This document shows positions 20,988-31,000 of a stretch of 64,000 bases of DNA, piece after piece. Origin of the DNA: Candidatus Latescibacterota bacterium. GTDB taxonomy: Bacteria; Latescibacterota; UBA2968; GCA-2709665. The first letter of the stretch is position 1, and each line of letters opens with the position of its first letter. The stretch is from the NCBI GenBank assembly GCA_965219995.1, contig CBDCOX010000002.1:3808001-3872000 (forward strand). The letters run 5' to 3'. A program made the position numbers and the translations under genes. The notes beneath the pieces were generated by a model. That model saw only the letters and a program-made list of their open reading frames with translations. It ran no database searches and was not told where the DNA came from.

Positions 20988-21252
20988 ATTCCGCTCCTTT
21001 CCGCGATCGCCCATGCAACCTGAAAACAGCTTCTAACGAGTACAAAATACCAAAGGACCGCCGAACTTCCAAGCCAAGTTTTCCCACCGGAAGGCGGAAC
21101 CGCGTGACGACCGTCTGACGGATTTTTAACTGGTTTTTTTCCGAAACCACTGTATTTTAAGTTCGAAGTTTCCGCTCCCCGCTCCCTCCCCCGGACCGTA
21201 CGATCCCCCCTTGTTCCAACCGCACCCGACTTGCTCGCAGAGGAGCCCGTTT

Positions 21253-23517
21253 ATGTCCGCATTGCAACACGCGACAACGCAGCAGGAGCATCGCAACCGC
21301 TCTCTGCTGGACGGTTCGCGGTACCTGTCCGAATCCGTCACGTCCAACGTTCTGCCACTGCAAATCGACATCCGGCAACCCCAACCACTGACGAAAACGC
21401 AAGTCGACACCTTCGCAGCCCTGCAGATCGAGGCCGCCCGTACGGCGGTGCGTTCGCTGGCCTCCCTGGCCGGGATCGGCGAAGCGGACCATCTGGGCGG
21501 GGGCATCGGCCTGATTCCTCCATTGCTGCTCACCCTGGCGGTGGCCGACTTCGAACGCATCGAATACACCATTGAACACGCTCACACGAGCGTCGGGTAT
21601 TATGCAGCGCTTTCCGCGGTGGGATACGTCGATCCGGAACACGTCGTTTCCGACTTTCGCCGCGGCCTGGATCTTCCCGGCCACGTCTCCTGGCTGCCGG
21701 GCGGCACGCAGATGAACGGCGGACGCCTGGGGGTGATGATTCCAGTGGCGGTGGGAAATGCGCTGGGCAAGCGCGGCATATACGGCGAGGGGTGCTGGGT
21801 GGTTGCCCACTGCGGAGACGCGGGCTGGATCTCGGGCCAGGCGCTCAACGGCTTCAACGCGGCGCACGTTCACGGCGCGCCCATCACGTTTGTAATGGAC
21901 CGGAACGGCATCCAGCTTTCCGGAAGCACCAGGAGCATCCTGGACAAGGACCCACGGTCCATCATCGGCGCGATGGGCATCGAAATCCTCGAAATCCCCA
22001 CGCTGATGGACCCCGCGGGCCTGTACACGGCGTACCGTGAAGCCTATGTCCTGGCGCAGGAAGGCCGTCCCAGCATGATCTATCCGGTTGGATTCCGGTC
22101 CCGGAACGGCAAACGGATCGACCTGAAGCACTTTGGCGAACACCACGGCATCCTCGACGCGGTGGAAGCATTTGCCGGCCGCCACGACGTGCCCCTGGAC
22201 CGCGAGATCTGGGTTCCCGGATCGCTGATGAGCTATCGAGACGTGGAGCCCATGCTGGAGTGCCTCTTTCTCGTGAACGACCTCCCCGGCGGCGCCGGCC
22301 ACCACGACGGGGGCATGAAAGATCGAGACGCAGCGGACGTACTCGCCGGTCCCATGTTCCGGCCCACGCAGGGCCAGTCGAAAGCGCTGGAACATCTGAA
22401 GTCGCAGCCGTCACGCGCGGTCAACACCCGGGCACGGCCTGCCCCGGGAAGCCCGAACCTGGTGCTGCCTGAAGGCGCCGCGGCGAGCGTTTCCTTACCC
22501 GGCCCGGGTGAGATGAAGAGCGCACGCGACGGTTCGGAAGCAGGGTACGCGCTGGTGGCCGAAACCTTTCCTGAACGGGTTTTCGTGGTCAGCTGCGACC
22601 TGGACGCCTCCACCAAACTGGCGAAGGCCCGGAGTCACCTGGCGGAAAACCATCAGTTCGAAATCAGCATCGAGGAACAGGCAGCCACCCTGATCGCCAA
22701 CGGCCTGGCCACCAGTACGCCGGGTCCGCAACTGAACGTGGTGTCCACCTTCGCGGCCTTTTTCGAGGGCATTGCCCGTGAAGGGTTCGACATGTGGCAG
22801 TACCAGCGCAATCTGACGGGCGTGAACGAGGGCCTCAACGTGACGTTTCATCTCTCTCACGTGGGCGCGTGTACGGGCCGGGACCACTTCTCCGGCTGGG
22901 GTCTGGACTGGATCAACGTGGCCCTCGGCTACCTTCCGTACCTGCATCGGTTCTACGCCCCGGCCGATGCGCGGTCGGCCTTTCTTGCCGTGATCGACAT
23001 GGCCGCCAACTATGGCGGGCACATCATCGGCATCCCCCGCGACAACCTGCCCGTGCTCGAAAAACAGGACGGCTCCGGCCCGCTCTGGGAACCGGACGAG
23101 GAATGGCAGCCCGTCACTGCCTGCCGGTCCTTTGCCGGCGCCGATCGCGCGATATTGGCATTCGGCGCGCCGGCATTCCTGGCGGTTGAGGCCGCCGACG
23201 CCATGAATGGCCGGGGCGCTGGCGTAGACGTATTTGTCGTCAACGGCCTGCCCCTGCCGAACGGATGCCTGGAGTCGTTGATATCGCAATACACCCGCGG
23301 TGTCGTCACCATCGAAGACGGAAAAATCGGCACATCCGAAACCGGACTCAGAGGGTTTGCGGGTCTGGCGGCCACCGCGGCTTCTTCACGCGGCGCGCCG
23401 CATGCGCACGTCGGCCTGACCGATCCGACCATCGCCCCGTCCGACGGGCATATGGAAACCTGGGCGCACTTCGGCATCACCACCGATGCGCTGGTCAACG
23501 CGATCGATAGTTTGTAA
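21253..23517 (+). CDS. Divergent transketolase-like TPP enzyme
   Basis: HLGGG, LPGH, GDAG...DRNGIQL, DLDAST, ISIEEQ, STFAAF and GRDH; RBS aggag. Confidence 0.8.
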   Translation: MSALQHATTQQEHRNRSLLDGSRYLSESVTSNVLPLQIDIRQPQPLTKTQVDTFAALQIEAARTAVRSLASLAGIGEADHLGGGIGLIPPLLLTLAVADFERIEYTIEHAHTSVGYYAALSAVGYVDPEHVVSDFRRGLDLPGHVSWLPGGTQMNGGRLGVMIPVAVGNALGKRGIYGEGCWVVAHCGDAGWISGQALNGFNAAHVHGAPITFVMDRNGIQLSGSTRSILDKDPRSIIGAMGIEILEIPTLMDPAGLYTAYREAYVLAQEGRPSMIYPVGFRSRNGKRIDLKHFGEHHGILDAVEAFAGRHDVPLDREIWVPGSLMSYRDVEPMLECLFLVNDLPGGAGHHDGGMKDRDAADVLAGPMFRPTQGQSKALEHLKSQPSRAVNTRARPAPGSPNLVLPEGAAASVSLPGPGEMKSARDGSEAGYALVAETFPERVFVVSCDLDASTKLAKARSHLAENHQFEISIEEQAATLIANGLATSTPGPQLNVVSTFAAFFEGIAREGFDMWQYQRNLTGVNEGLNVTFHLSHVGACTGRDHFSGWGLDWINVALGYLPYLHRFYAPADARSAFLAVIDMAANYGGHIIGIPRDNLPVLEKQDGSGPLWEPDEEWQPVTACRSFAGADRAILAFGAPAFLAVEAADAMNGRGAGVDVFVVNGLPLPNGCLESLISQYTRGVVTIEDGKIGTSETGLRGFAGLAATAASSRGAPHAHVGLTDPTIAPSDGHMETWAHFGITTDALVNAIDSL

Positions 23518-23709
23518 CGGTTTCAACTGCGTGGGTATGCCAGGAGGCCGGGAAGGGGCAGCAAGAGGAAGGCGGAACAGGCGGCGCCGACCGGCGGTCG
23601 GGCGGGAGAATTGCGGTGAAAGACCTGAATTCGCGTGTGTCTCTGTTTGCGACGGAGAATCCGCAACACGCGTAGACGTCCGGTTTCCGGAAATCGAACG
23701 TTCCAGCGG

Positions 23710-25038
23710 TTAAAATATCCTGTAACTCAGACCCATATTGAAGCTTTGCCTGGACTTTTCGCCTCTGGCGACGCGAAAGGACTCCGAAAGTGTCATGTTG
23801 AATTTGTTTTCGATGTAGAAGCTGAGCGCGAACGCGATATGCGAGATGATCTCGGCTTCTCTGTCCTCGCGCTTCTGTGCACGAATTGTCTTCAGCGTCG
23901 TAAATCGGATCCTGTTCGTTAACTCGTAGATGAAATCCGTTTGCCATCGCAGGTTATAGTCTGTTCCGAAAGCCCTGGAAAACGGCGTATCGTAGTGGAA
24001 ATCGGTGTTGATCTGCGTGCTCCAGCTGATCGGGTGGGAGTACCGAAAGTTGACCAGCATGCCGGGCGGCGGCCGGTCCGTATCTTCGTAAGGATTCAAC
24101 ATCTGAAACTGCACGCCGGTTGTAATGTCCCAACCATAGAATCGTTTGCTGATCTGCTCCTGGGTCAACACTTCCTGGATCCGCACCAGGCCGAATCCGA
24201 TCTCTTCTCCCAGGACCCTGCGGGACTTCCTGATTTCGGCAAGCATGTCTTCGAACCAGTAGTTTTCGTACCGGTCTCCATGCTGTTCCTTGTATTCCCG
24301 CTCCCTGTCTATGATATGGGCGAGTTCGATCATCGTCTCCTTGGAGAAGTGCTCGCCGATGATGCCCTCCTCGAGGAAGAATTCCTCGATTCTCCCGGCT
24401 TTTCGAAGCGCGGTGGCATCGATAAACCGTCCGTGTCCGAAGCCCAGCGTCATCTCGATGCTGGGTCGATCGTATCCGGAATCCAGGTTCGAGTCGGTGC
24501 CCCACGAATAGAACAGACTGCCTTCATTGCGGTGGTACTTCTTCAGATTCGTCTTCAGGTGGCTCAGAGCGTCCCGTTCGTTTTCCTTCGTGATAATATT
24601 CTTCCTGATCGAACCATGGCCGGTCGCGTCAACAGAGTAAGCATACGGGAGCGACTCGTAGAACTTCTTGTACACGACGGCCACATTCCCATGCTGAACA
24701 ACGGTTTCGTCGCCCTCCGTCGCGTAGTTGAAGCTGAGTGCGTCGATGCGCAGGTTGTGGGCCCGGCTGACGGGCACGACGTAATCCGTGATCGACACGT
24801 TTTGCGCCGATGCCGTAGAGACCGCCAGGAGGCACACTGCTGCCGGACTCATCAGCAACGTCTGCAGGCAGAAGAGTACGGCGCCCGCCCGCCCGATGGG
24901 CAACACCGGCAATCCGCCGCGTTCGGGAGCCGGCCCTTCCGTGCAGTGCTTTTTTGTGGGACTATCGGCGGAATCCGCAGTGCCCACCACGGTCATCCTC
25001 GGCAACCGCTCCCGCCCAGATCCTGTTTTTGCTGTCAT
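23710..25038 (-). CDS. Secreted or outer-membrane beta-barrel-like hypothetical protein (start uncertain)
   Basis: Signal-like ...STASAQ; amphipathic strands; C-terminal GLSYRIF. Confidence 0.6.
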   Translation of the reverse strand: MTAKTGSGRERLPRMTVVGTADSADSPTKKHCTEGPAPERGGLPVLPIGRAGAVLFCLQTLLMSPAAVCLLAVSTASAQNVSITDYVVPVSRAHNLRIDALSFNYATEGDETVVQHGNVAVVYKKFYESLPYAYSVDATGHGSIRKNIITKENERDALSHLKTNLKKYHRNEGSLFYSWGTDSNLDSGYDRPSIEMTLGFGHGRFIDATALRKAGRIEEFFLEEGIIGEHFSKETMIELAHIIDREREYKEQHGDRYENYWFEDMLAEIRKSRRVLGEEIGFGLVRIQEVLTQEQISKRFYGWDITTGVQFQMLNPYEDTDRPPPGMLVNFRYSHPISWSTQINTDFHYDTPFSRAFGTDYNLRWQTDFIYELTNRIRFTTLKTIRAQKREDREAEIISHIAFALSFYIENKFNMTLSESFRVARGEKSRQSFNMGLSYRIF

Positions 25039-25059
25039 TTCGCTTCCCCCTGTCTTTGT

Positions 25060-25806
25060 CTACGGTTTCGCATCGGGATCGCTATCCGATGAATGGGGCG
25101 GCTCCTTCAAAAACGAAATATCGTCGTAATCCGCTTTCACGAGCGTCTTCGTATTGTCCGAATCCGTAAGTACTGCAATGGCGCCGACGAGTCGCGGGTC
25201 GCTGCCGAATAAGCGTCTGTAATCTTCGTATGCGTTGACCTCTTCCCAGATCCAACTGCCCGCCCTGCCGGGTCCGGATTGCAGGACAATCACCTTCGTA
25301 CTTCCGGTGTGCGGGCTTTCCGTCTCGGTGCCTGGGGGAAGCGCCGCACTCCACACGTACTTGAGCGTCTTGATCCGCCTCCCGCGCCCGAATACAAGGC
25401 GCACGGCCGCCGCGCTGTCATTGGTCTTCTTGTAGTTTTCGTTAGCGCCCGCCGGGAGGCTGTGCACCCGCCACCGCCACCTGAGCTTTTTCCAGACACG
25501 CAAGTTGACTCTTACGGGCAGGCCCGCATTCGTCGCTCTGCCGACGGTCTCCGCTCTCAGAAAATGGTCGCCGTTTTCGACCTGAATCGTGTAGTAGAGA
25601 TCCTCCTTCTTGTTTGTCTTCCTGTGGAACCAGCCCGATCTTCCTTCCCAATTGCTGGGAAACCGCCCGATTTGACCGGGGTACTCGAATCGCTCAAGAG
25701 TCAGAATGGAGTCTCCGGAAGGCGTATGAAAGTGGGCCGGAGGATCGGCCGCGTGTGCGGTCGATCCGATCACGATTCCCAGGAGGATTTTGTGGATTCG
25801 TATCAT
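25060..25806 (-). CDS. DUF3047-like secreted protein
   Basis: LRWRWRV..LP, DSAAAV, LKYVWS and TDSDNT; signal peptide. Confidence 0.8.
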   Translation of the reverse strand: MIRIHKILLGIVIGSTAHAADPPAHFHTPSGDSILTLERFEYPGQIGRFPSNWEGRSGWFHRKTNKKEDLYYTIQVENGDHFLRAETVGRATNAGLPVRVNLRVWKKLRWRWRVHSLPAGANENYKKTNDSAAAVRLVFGRGRRIKTLKYVWSAALPPGTETESPHTGSTKVIVLQSGPGRAGSWIWEEVNAYEDYRRLFGSDPRLVGAIAVLTDSDNTKTLVKADYDDISFLKEPPHSSDSDPDAKP

Positions 25807-25994
25807 AAAGTTCAGGTCATTCCCGCTTCGTGATCGCTGCGGAACCGGGTAATCCGCGCGGAATACGCCCTGGATCCGGACCTCCGGGGGCAACCTGCGG
25901 TGTATTCAGAAAATATAGGAAATAGACTCTTCAAGGTGTACAAAAAAGCCCGAAAACAGACCTTCGGCCCGGCCCGCGGAACGGGCATAAAGAT

Positions 25995-26023
25995 ACCGCC
26001 ACGGTACCCAATTCCGTGGCGGT
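25995..26023 (-). terminator. Hairpin downstream of the propeller gene
   Basis: Perfect 10-bp stem accgccacgg/ccgtggcggt. Confidence 0.55.
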
Positions 26024-26062
26024 GACGGTTCGTTTCTTTGTCACAAAGCACTCACTAATTCG

Positions 26063-27193
26063 TTACGTGCCGAACTCCTGCGCGAATCGGACAAAATCGC
26101 CAAACCCAATGCGGCCGTCTCCGTCCAGGTCAAATCTTGTCTCGAAGTCCCGGTCCCCTGCTTCGGAACCGAACGCCTTCGCGAAAATCAGGAAATCGCT
26201 GAAGTCCACCCGGCCGCTGCCGTCGAAATCCGCCGGTTTCTCCCCGACGCTGACAGTCACCGCGGGCAGGATGCCTTCGCCGAATTTCCATGGGGTCCCC
26301 CAGGTCACCGTCTTCACGTCCGTATCCACCGATCCGACGTGATACCAGAGATCCAAACTGTTGTGGGACTCATGCATCTCCATGACGATTCCGTTGTCCA
26401 GCGCGACGTTGGGCGCGATGCCCGGATCGAATCGAATCGCCTCCCCCCACTCGACGCTCTTGCGCTCCGCGTCCAGCTCGCCCACGCGATACCACAGGCG
26501 AAGCCCGCCGATCGACTCATGCATCTCCACGACCAGTCCATCGTCCATATCCACGGAGGGCGTCTGGCCGCCATCGTATTCCTGCGCGTCACCCCACGCG
26601 ATGGACTTCGAAGTGGTATCCACGGCGCCTACATTGTACCATAGCTGTTCCCCTTCTTCGGACTGGTGGACTTCCACGACCACACCGTCAGACAGCGCCA
26701 CCGAAGGGAACCGCCCCCCGTCGAACTTCTCCGAATCGCCCCAGACAATCGAATCGGCTACGGCATCCACGATGCCCACGTGGTACCACAGGTTTGTGCC
26801 GGTGTGCGACTGGTGCACCTCCACCACCACCCGGCCGTCGAGCGCCACCATCGGGTACTGGCCCGCGTCGAACCTCCTCCCCGCGCCCCACCGGATCGTC
26901 TTTGTCTCCGCGCCGACCGCGCCGACCTTGTACCACAGATTCGTTCCCTGGTGGGACTGGTGTACTTCCACGACAAGCCTGCCGTCCACGGCAACGGACG
27001 GGAACCGGCCGTCGTCGTGCGCGCCTACCTCACCCCAGTCGACGGTCTCTGACCGGGCGTCGATCACGCCGACCCGGTACCGCAACTCCGTCTCTTCTTC
27101 CTCCTGGTGCATCTCCACAACCACGTCGGCCGCAGGGATTGAAGACCCCCAGAGGCACACACTCAGAAATATCGTGAATCGAACGGCTCGCAT
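26063..27193 (-). CDS. Secreted six-repeat (49 aa) beta-propeller-like protein with C-terminal dockerin/EF-hand-like domain
   Basis: Six VVE(V/M)H..S....LWY.VG......WG....DxG..PxV repeats; DFDGSGRVDFSDF and DLDGDGRIGFGDF. Confidence 0.85.
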   Translation of the reverse strand: MRAVRFTIFLSVCLWGSSIPAADVVVEMHQEEEETELRYRVGVIDARSETVDWGEVGAHDDGRFPSVAVDGRLVVEVHQSHQGTNLWYKVGAVGAETKTIRWGAGRRFDAGQYPMVALDGRVVVEVHQSHTGTNLWYHVGIVDAVADSIVWGDSEKFDGGRFPSVALSDGVVVEVHQSEEGEQLWYNVGAVDTTSKSIAWGDAQEYDGGQTPSVDMDDGLVVEMHESIGGLRLWYRVGELDAERKSVEWGEAIRFDPGIAPNVALDNGIVMEMHESHNSLDLWYHVGSVDTDVKTVTWGTPWKFGEGILPAVTVSVGEKPADFDGSGRVDFSDFLIFAKAFGSEAGDRDFETRFDLDGDGRIGFGDFVRFAQEFGT

Positions 27194-27264
27194 AACGTTC
27201 CCGTACGGTATTGCAAGACCGGGTATCGACCCCACCGGCGCGCGGACGGTCAGAATCCGGCCGC

Positions 27265-28020
27265 CTATTTCAGGCAGAAACCCCCGTCCACTTTCAGGAT
27301 CGTACCCGTGATATAGTCCGCCGCGTCGGAACAGAGAAACGCCGCCGCTTTGCCCAGGTCTTCAATGGTGGCCAGCCGGCCCCATGGCAATCCCCCGGCC
27401 GCCTCTTTGATCTGCTCGTCCGTGGCGAATTGCCTTTCGCCCGGCGTGTCTGTATAACCGGGTTCGATCACGTTGGCGCGGATACGGTGCGGGGCGAGTT
27501 CAGCCGCGATGGTTCGGCACATCTGGTTGATGCCCGCCTTGGCCGAGTTGTACGCCATGGACGTCGGCATCGGCACCTCCGCCAGCACGGAACTGATGAA
27601 CAGGACGCTGCCGCCGCCACCCTGGTCCACCATCTGCCGCGCGCCGGCCTGGGCCGTGTGGAAGCTGCCCCACAGGCAGACCTCCCACGTCCTCCGTACC
27701 GCCTCCGTCGACAGTTCCAGAAACGGTTCGCGCTTGCTGTAATAGGCGTTGGCGACGACGATATCCAGCCTGCCGAACCGGTTCACCGCTGCTTCCACCA
27801 TCCGGTCCACCGCCGCTCGATCCGACACATCGGCCTGCACCACAATCGCTTCCCGACCCTGTGCGCGGACTTCGTTCGCAACGTCTTCCGCGTCTTCGGG
27901 ATGCGAATGGTAATTCACGGCGATATCGGCCCCGGCACGGGCCATCTCCACCGCGCAACCCCGTCCGATGCCTCTGGAAGACCCGGTAATCAATGCAACC
28001 CTGCCAGTCATGTCGACCAT
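27265..28020 (-). CDS. SDR family oxidoreductase
   Basis: TGSSRGIG, YNSAK and VDGG. Confidence 0.93.
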   Translation of the reverse strand: MVDMTGRVALITGSSRGIGRGCAVEMARAGADIAVNYHSHPEDAEDVANEVRAQGREAIVVQADVSDRAAVDRMVEAAVNRFGRLDIVVANAYYSKREPFLELSTEAVRRTWEVCLWGSFHTAQAGARQMVDQGGGGSVLFISSVLAEVPMPTSMAYNSAKAGINQMCRTIAAELAPHRIRANVIEPGYTDTPGERQFATDEQIKEAAGGLPWGRLATIEDLGKAAAFLCSDAADYITGTILKVDGGFCLK

Positions 28021-28076
28021 AAGGACCCTTCCTGTTCCACAATGTCGTCAGTATGGGACGCGCGGGAACGCGGGTA

Positions 28077-31000
28077 CTATCCCTCGGCGGAACCTCCAGG
28101 AGATCCGGCGCCCGAGGGAACGGGTTCGCCCAACGCATCCCTCGCGGTCCGTTCCACCTGCTGGTACTGCGCTTTCCGCCGGCGGGTTTCCCGATGGGTT
28201 TCGCGATAGCGATCCGGAATCACGAGTTCGTCGCCGTGGTCGGGTGCGTGCGGCGTAACCTTCCAGAATTTGGGCAGAAATTCGTCCCATCGGGTGATGA
28301 TGGCGCTCGCCCGGCGGCTGTTGGTCTTTTCGAGGTGCCGTCCGATCGTCTTCTTCAGCATGGCGACGTCGTCCGGCTGGTTGACGCGTTCGATACCCAC
28401 GAGCTGCGGGTTGTATCGATTCTCGAACGATCCCTCCTCGTCCAGCACGTACGCGGTCCCGCCCGTCATTCCGGCGCCGAAGTTCCTTCCTGTGCCGCCC
28501 AGCACGATCACAACGCCGGCGGTCATGTACTCGCATCCGTGGTCGCCCACGCCCTCCACCACCGCGTGACCCCCGCTGTTTCGCACGCAGAATCTCTCGC
28601 CCGCGCATCCCGCGGCGTAGAGTATGCCTCCGGTGGCGCCGTACATGACCGTGTTGCCAATGATGGCGTTCCTGTGGCTGGGAAACGCGGCGTTGCCCGG
28701 CGGCCGCACGATGAGTTCTCCCCCGTGCATGCCCTTGCCAACATAGTCGTTGGCCTCCCCCGTCAGAACCAGCCGCAGACCGCGAATGCAGAAGGCGCCG
28801 AAGCTTTGCCCCGCACTGCCGCGGAAACGGCATTCGATCGTACTGTCGAGACCGCGGTCTCCATAATGAAACGCGATTTCTCCGGCCAGCTTGGCGCCGA
28901 CCGCGCGTCTCGTGTTCTTGATCTCGTAACTCAGCGTAATCGAACTGTTCTCTTTAATCGCATCTATTGCATCCTGAAGCAGCAGGTCGTCAATGGACGC
29001 ATCCGGCCGGTCGTTGCGCTCCCGGGTGTGCAGCCTCGGCCGGGTGCCCGCCGGATCCGGGTCGGCCAACAGATCGCTCAGGTCGATTCCCTGCCACCGC
29101 TGCTTCTTCGGGTCCACGATGGCCTCCAGGATTTCGGTCCGGCCGATCAGGCTTTCCAACGACCGGTATCCCAGCCCCGCGATGACCTCGCGGACCTCGC
29201 CGGCCAGATTGGTGAAATATCGGACCACGTGCTCCGGCGAGCCGTTGAATTTTTCCCGCAATTCAGGCTTCTGCGTGGCCACGCCAACGGGGCATGTATT
29301 CAGGTGACACTGCCGTGCCATGACGCAGCCCATAGACACCAGCGCCGCCGTGCCGAATCCGAACTCCTCAGCCCCGAGTGCTGCCGCGACGACCACGTCC
29401 CTGGCTGTCTTCAGGCCGCCGTCCACGCGAAGCATCACGCGGCCGCGCAGGTCGTTCATCACCAGCGTCTGTTGTATCTCCGCAAGGCCCAGCTCCCAGG
29501 GTCCGCCGGAGTGTTTGATCGCGCCCAACGGCGAAGCGCCCGTGCCGCCGTCGTGCCCGCTGATGTGGACCACGTCCGCGTACCCCTTGACCACGCCAGC
29601 CGCGATCGTTCCGATGCCGGCCACCGAGACCAGTTTGACGCACACCTTTGCCCGTGGATTCACCCGTTTCAGATCGTAGATCAGTTGCGCAATGTCTTCG
29701 ATACTGTAGATGTCGTGATGTGGGGGCGGCGAAATCAGCGTGACGCCGGGTACGGAGTGCCGGATGAGCGCGATTTCCGCGGATACCTTGTGTCCCGGAA
29801 GCTGACCTCCCTCGCCCGGTTTGGATCCCTGCGCCATCTTGATTTCCAGTTCCTTCGCCGAAGCCAGGTATGCGGGCGTAACGCCGAACCTGCCGGACGC
29901 CACCTGTTTGATGGCGCTGTTGGGCCAGTCTCCGTTGGGCAGTCGCCGATAACGGTCCGGGTCTTCCCCGCCTTCCCCGCTATTGCTCTTGGCGCCAATG
30001 CGGTTCAACGCAATGGCCAGCGTTTCGTGCGCCTCCCTGGAAAGCGCGCCGTGCGACATCGCGGAGGATACGAAGCGCCTGCAGATGGCCCCTGCAGGTT
30101 CCACCTCGTCGAGCGGGACCGGGCTTCCCCCACGAAATGCCATCAGGTCACGCAGCGAAGCCGCGGGCCGCCCCTCGACCAAACGCGAATAGGCCGTGAA
30201 ATCCTCGTAGTTTCCGGATTTGGCCACACTGTGGATGGCCTTGAAGACCGGGGGGTTGAAGGCATGGAATTCGCCGTCCCGCCGGAACCGGTAGATGCCG
30301 GCGTCGTTCATCGAGGGCGCCCCGTCCGGCTGGAACGCCTGCAGGTGCCTCTCGGCCGCGTCGTCCGCGATTTCCGCGAGTCCGATCCCGCCAACCTGGG
30401 ATACGGTGCCGGAGAAGTACCGGTCCACCAGGTCCGGATGCAGGCCCACGGCGTCGAAGATCTGCGCGGCGCAATAGCTGCTCAACGTGGATATACCCAT
30501 CTTGCAGATCACCTTAAGGAGTCCCGCCTCCAGCGCGCGCCGGTAGTTGTCCAGCGCTTTCGCGTAGGTGATTTCGCCTTCGAGCCGTCCGGTCCGGATC
30601 AGATCGTACAGGTTTTCGTATACAAGGTAAGGATTCACCGCGCTGGCGCCGTAACCGATCAACGAAGCAATATGGTGGACCTCCCTGGGCTCACCCGACT
30701 CCACGATCAGGCTCGCCTGCATCCGCTTTCCTTCCCGGATGAGATGATGATGGACGGCGCCCACGGCAAGAAGCATGGGGATGGGCGCATGGTTCGCATC
30801 CACGCCGCGGTCGCTCAGAATCAGCAGTGTCGTTCCGGACTCGATCGCTTGCAACGCGCGGCGGCAAATCTTGTCCAGCGCCCGTTGCAGGCCCTCGACC
30901 CCCTGGGAGGGCATAAACAATGCGGACAGCGATTCGGTTTCGAACGCGGGTAACCCGGGGCTGGCAAGCCTCCGGAATTCGGAATCCAGCAGCACAGGGG

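Noticed and set aside
28053-30953. 966-aa + strand ORF and other long antisense ORFs
   Set aside because: These are antisense shadows of GC-rich genes such as gltB, with no recognisable motifs.
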